Assembly: GCA_036568285.1 (NCBI GenBank)
Contig: DATCSV010000334.1
Location: 1-30,151 of the forward strand
DNA length: 30,151 nt
Direction of reading: 5' to 3'
Source: Flavipsychrobacter sp.
GTDB lineage: Bacteria; Bacteroidota; Bacteroidia; Chitinophagales; Chitinophagaceae
Part shown: piece after piece, positions 27,010 to 30,151 of the stretch
Position numbering within the stretch: position 1 is the first letter of the stretch
How the letters are laid out: each line of letters starts with the position of its first letter
The notes under the pieces: model-generated
Database searches by the model: none
Told to the model about the DNA's origin: nothing
The model's input: only the letters and a program-made list of their open reading frames with translations
Position numbers and translations under genes: made by a program

Positions 27010-27804
27010 TTATTGAGCATCAACAGCTGGCTGGATGTAAACATTACAATTAGGTGGGCACAGAGACGAATAATCCGCCCCCTTATTATGAAACATACTT
27101 ATGTAGGTGTTATTATCCAGCATAGGATTGCCGCCGCTATCCGATAAATAAACTACCAACCCATGCGGCCACTGTACATGGCTGTATGCGGGATTGTCCT
27201 GGGTATAAGAGCAGGCTGCAAAATGCACACCGGCATTTTCGGGACTGCCGTTCTCGCTATACATCAGCTTTATTTCCGTAGCCCAGGGCAGTACCAGGTT
27301 TTTTACAAATTTATGCGGGCCATCTGCTAATCGTTCCATTACAGCTGCCTGGGGTTCTGTTTTGTAGAAGAAGCTATCCAGGTACATCATCCCGAAAAGC
27401 TGTTCATCGTTGGTTACGGAAAATACTCCGTTATTTATCTCGTACCATTTGCAATTAGTGGTATCCAGGTCGTAGATAGCCTCTGCACCGGGTGGTACAG
27501 GCTGTGCAGACGGTACCATACGGCACAGCTGCATGCGCAGGTATATTTCTCCCGGCACGGGTGCGAAACAGTGTACAAACCTGAGCGCGACCTCCGCCTC
27601 CGGAGTACCGGAGGTATTCACATAGTCGGTCACTGCGGCCTGCAGGTCATTCCATTGCGCGTTTATTACATGGCCACCAAAAGACGCCTCTGCATGTGTA
27701 TAGTAATAATGCAGGTCGAAATTGGCGCGGCCATTCATATATGATTCGAGGCTGATGACGCGCGGGTCGGTTGAATTGTCTCCTATCTCTATTCTTACGG
27801 GCAT
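27010..27804 (-). CDS. Hypothetical soluble protein ending in a CPPNC motif; first gene of the 7TM-HK-RR operon
   Basis: 264 aa from ATG 27804 (track start 27831 is an alternative). No signal peptide. DYSSLCPPNC near the C-terminus (motif at 27046-27060). 21 nt upstream of the 7-TM gene. Confidence 0.8.
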   Translation of the reverse strand: MPVRIEIGDNSTDPRVISLESYMNGRANFDLHYYYTHAEASFGGHVINAQWNDLQAAVTDYVNTSGTPEAEVALRFVHCFAPVPGEIYLRMQLCRMVPSAQPVPPGAEAIYDLDTTNCKWYEINNGVFSVTNDEQLFGMMYLDSFFYKTEPQAAVMERLADGPHKFVKNLVLPWATEIKLMYSENGSPENAGVHFAACSYTQDNPAYSHVQWPHGLVVYLSDSGGNPMLDNNTYISMFHNKGADYSSLCPPNCNVYIQPAVDAQ

Positions 27805-28023
27805 AGCAGTTTGTTTGAGTGTGTGCCACAAAGTAAGATATTTCTGTATGACTTAACAAGCCCACCCGTGAAAAATACCCCCCTTCATTTGCACATATTC
27901 CCGTTGTACTGTTATTAAGCGTTCTGCACTTTTGTATTGCGGTCAAGAAACAGTGTTTGGTAAAACAACCGCTGATAATAAGAATTATCCTCTTTACCTG
28001 TAAACCCGTCACTATGAGGCAAA

Positions 28024-28632
28024 ATGAACATGCGATGTATGATAAGGATTAGCTATACCGGCGGCAACGATAAGATAGGAGCAGCAGTGAGGAATGTCAA
28101 TAAAATGTTTGCACATGTTGCCTTCCTGGATGCTATTTATAACAGTAAAAATTTTGACATGGCGACGATTTCACCCCAGGAGATAACAGACCTGTTTTGC
28201 AATACGGACCTGGAACTGACAGTTGACACCTATTGGCCCTTGCAACTTTCCAGCATGGCTGATGCCTATGACGACAGGCTGAATCCGACGGTAATACGCC
28301 TGAACAGGTTGAAGCTGAACAGGCCGGTACACAGCATATGCAATACCCTGGTGCATCAATGCGTACACGCCCTGAACGCCTGCTATCCTTCGCTCTACTT
28401 CGGCCATGGCGACAACGACCCTGAGGGTAAAGAAAACACAGCCCCTTTCCGGATAGCCGGGCTGGCACAACAGATAGTTGCGCGGGATAAAAAAGTGGTG
28501 CAACCCATGTTGCATGAGGAGTCCTGCAATGTACAGGCAACTGATGGGAACCACCGGCAAATCCAGGAAGCCCTTTACCATGGAGGCATTTTCTGCATAT
28601 ATGATATGATGAGCATACTGGAAGCCAACTAG
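28024..28632 (+). CDS. Zinc metalloprotease-like protein with HExxH changed to HQxxH
   Basis: IRLNRLKLNRPVHSICNTLVHQCVHALN...FGHGDN: a zincin-like helix plus a third His, but codon CAA (Gln) at the catalytic Glu position. Confidence 0.6.
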   Translation: MNMRCMIRISYTGGNDKIGAAVRNVNKMFAHVAFLDAIYNSKNFDMATISPQEITDLFCNTDLELTVDTYWPLQLSSMADAYDDRLNPTVIRLNRLKLNRPVHSICNTLVHQCVHALNACYPSLYFGHGDNDPEGKENTAPFRIAGLAQQIVARDKKVVQPMLHEESCNVQATDGNHRQIQEALYHGGIFCIYDMMSILEAN

Positions 28633-28651
28633 CACTTCCACGGTAAGAACA

Positions 28652-28777
28652 TCATTTCACTACGAAATACCCCAGCAACAACCAAGCTATACCCTTAGCC
28701 AGGAAGAAGATGAAGCCCCAGACACCGATTTTCTTCAGCCATTTCATCAACTTGTTTTGTTTGTGTACCGCTTCCAT
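28652..28777 (-). CDS. 41-aa membrane microprotein (not in the ORF track)
   Basis: MEAVHKQNKLMKWLKKIGVWGFIFFLAKGIAWLLLGYFVVK*. Its ATG overlaps the upstream TGA (TGATG), indicating translational coupling. Basic amphipathic stretch followed by a hydrophobic stretch. Confidence 0.75.
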   Translation of the reverse strand: MEAVHKQNKLMKWLKKIGVWGFIFFLAKGIAWLLLGYFVVK

Positions 28778-29106
28778 CAGTGAGCAATGATTTCATAAGT
28801 TTTGAAATCGCTGCTCATAGGGGCGGAGCGGCCTTCTTCTTTCGCCTTTGCCAGGTCAGCAAAGCCACGTTTATGCCCTTGTATGAAAGCATCGGATTTT
28901 GTCCAGTCTTTAAAAGCCGCTTCAGTCTCCCAATAGCTCACTATCAGGTAATTATCTCCCTCTTTAGCAGGACGTAGCACATGCATTTCTATAAAACCGG
29001 GCATGGTGTCGATGGCATGGGCACGGCTTCCGAACAGTTCTTCGAAACGCTCGCGGTATTCAGGCGTACAGTTGATATAATTAACAGCAACAAATTTCTT
29101 TTCCAT
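28777..29106 (-). CDS. ABM-family monooxygenase, IsdG/HmoA-like putative heme-degrading enzyme
   Basis: FVAVN...RFEELFGSR...IDTMPGF..M.VLRP...YLIVSYWETEAAFKDWTKSDAFIQGH retains Asn, Trp and His at the positions of the IsdG N7/W67/H77 triad. Confidence 0.8.
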   Translation of the reverse strand: MEKKFVAVNYINCTPEYRERFEELFGSRAHAIDTMPGFIEMHVLRPAKEGDNYLIVSYWETEAAFKDWTKSDAFIQGHKRGFADLAKAKEEGRSAPMSSDFKTYEIIAH

Positions 29107-29148
29107 GCAGCAAAGCTATGTCTGTCACAATTCTGTCAGTTGCTGCAT
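29105..29148. promoter_or_regulatory. Composite control region of the monooxygenase: -7 box, 11-bp-period direct repeat and enclosing 9-bp inverted repeat
   Basis: Minus-strand TAGCTTTG (29111-29118) 4 nt before the ATG; CTGTCAC-AATT-CTGTCAG (29122-29139); ATGCAGCAA (29105-29113)...TTGCTGCAT (29140-29148). Confidence 0.5.
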
Positions 29149-29184
29149 CGGGAAAATCATTTTAGATATCGGGAAGATCGGTGT

Positions 29185-29892
29185 TTATCCTTCCAGGTGG
29201 AGCGATATGACAATCATACGCGTACTGAGTACGTCAATAGCATTACTCAGGGGGATATTGGGATCTCTGAAAAGTTGGTTCCCCAATCCCTGGCTTAACT
29301 TGATCTCAGGCGAAAAAATGAAGTTCGGGTAGTAAAATTCAAAACCTACTCCTAATTCATAACCAAAGTCGGCTGCAGAAACCTTGATAAATTCATCCTT
29401 TCTGCGCGAGCGAGCATTTGCAGCCATGTCATAATCGAACTTGACACCCGTAATGGCGTAGAAACGGAAATTCTTTATCCTATCACTCTTGAACTTGAGT
29501 TGCAGCGGCAGGTGCATATATATCGACTCTACTGTACGGTTAGATATGCTGTCATTACCGGCGACATCCCGAACGTTCAGGCCTACCTTCTTTTCGGCAA
29601 AGGCTAATGATGGCACAAAACGCAGATCGACAAAACTACCGAGCCTGAGATTGCCCATCAACCCGAGGTTGAAGCCCGGCCCGGATGAGGGCTGTATCGA
29701 TTTAAAAGTGTCGTTATCTACAAAACTTTGAGAGTATTTTATGCGGTAGGAAGAAGAGTTGTACCCAAAAGTAATACCGAAATAGTACGGCTTGGCGTCA
29801 TGTTCAGGCATATTCAGCACCTTACGCTGCGCTACAGCAGGTGCGGCCATAAAAACTGCCAGGGCTATTACTAATATGTGTTTGATCCGCAT
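29185..29892 (-). CDS. porT: T9SS outer-membrane beta-barrel protein PorT/SprT
   Basis: Signal peptide; LNMPEHDAKPYYFGITFGYN, PGFNLGLMGNLRL..F.DLRFVPSL.F, ES.Y..LPL.LKFKSDR..NFR.Y...G, G.EFY...F.FSPEIK.S.G.N, C-terminal ISLHLEG. First ATG used (a TTG precedes it at 29895). Confidence 0.85.
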   Translation of the reverse strand: MRIKHILVIALAVFMAAPAVAQRKVLNMPEHDAKPYYFGITFGYNSSSYRIKYSQSFVDNDTFKSIQPSSGPGFNLGLMGNLRLGSFVDLRFVPSLAFAEKKVGLNVRDVAGNDSISNRTVESIYMHLPLQLKFKSDRIKNFRFYAITGVKFDYDMAANARSRRKDEFIKVSAADFGYELGVGFEFYYPNFIFSPEIKLSQGLGNQLFRDPNIPLSNAIDVLSTRMIVISLHLEG

Positions 29893-29925
29893 CAAGAATG
29901 TTATCGGTAAATATAACGAACGGGA

Positions 29926-29944
29926 CGAAGATACAGTATGTTAA
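29926..29944 (-). promoter_or_regulatory. Candidate porT promoter (variant -7 box TATCTTCG preceded by TTAACA-N5)
   Basis: The minus strand reads TTAACA-TACTG-TATCTTCG; one mismatch to TAnnTTTG. Confidence 0.4.
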
Positions 29945-29983
29945 AACGTTATAAAAGTTTAGAACTACTTAAAAATCATGTTC

Positions 29984-30151
29984 CTATATGGTTAATCCCT
30001 CCTTTTCACGCATCTCCTTTATGAAATCGGTACCGCAAGCCAGTTTTTTGGCTGCGGGCGATTTAAGGTCTATCATTCGCCAGAATGGGGTGATTTGGGA
30101 TATACTTTTGCCTTTCATCAGTTCTTCCCATGAGTTCTCTGCTACTATGCG
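29984..30151 (-). CDS. C-terminal 55 aa of a probable alkyltransferase-like (MGMT/ATL-related) DNA-binding protein; truncated by the right edge
   Basis: RIVAENSWEELMKGKSISQITPFWRMIDLKSPAAKKLACGTDFIKEMREKEGLTI*. TPFWRM resembles the PCHRV/PWWRV motif position and 'EG' is near the C-terminus. Confidence 0.5.
   Translation of the reverse strand, partial: RIVAENSWEELMKGKSISQITPFWRMIDLKSPAAKKLACGTDFIKEMREKEGLTI

Noticed and set aside
27865-27880. CCCGTGAAAAATACCC as a NarL-type operator upstream of the signalling operon
   Set aside because: The symmetry is too imperfect to support from one instance; worth revisiting with ortholog alignments.
29153-29163. AAAATCATTTT palindrome as a Fur box for the monooxygenase
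   Set aside because: It shares only the AAT-n-ATT core, is short and AT-rich, and so is likely by chance. Iron regulation is plausible but not shown by this alone.

Overview
A 30-kb stretch of a Bacteroidota chromosome. The phylum is inferred from T9SS genes, TAnnTTTG promoters and lipoboxes; Chitinophagales is a tentative guess. I saw no rRNA, tRNA, CRISPR array or mobile element. The window is rich in type IX secretion (T9SS) genes: a 2427-aa type-B cargo (14 PKD domains plus 15 Cys-rich repeats) with its PorP/SprF partner, two type-A cargos with seven-bladed propellers, and porT/sprT. It also holds pdxJ, rpe, a TonB-dependent receptor, an orphan OmpR-family regulator and an IsdG-like monooxygenase. 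The best candidate for an undescribed system is a four-gene minus-strand operon at 24912-27804. It encodes a leaderless protein ending in CPPNC, a stand-alone 7-TM protein with a sharp GC dip, a HisKA_3 kinase with no sensor domain of its own, and a NarL-type regulator, which suggests a split-sensor signalling module. It is flanked by a tandem-HTH regulator with its own operator palindrome and by a divergent metalloprotease-like protein with HExxH changed to HQxxH. Three CDSs absent from the ORF track were recovered by hand: an edge-truncated GT-C-like membrane protein (1-1400), a 41-aa membrane microprotein coupled to the monooxygenase (28652-28777), and an edge-truncated alkyltransferase-like C-terminus (29984-30151). 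All product calls come from manual motif recognition; no searches were run.
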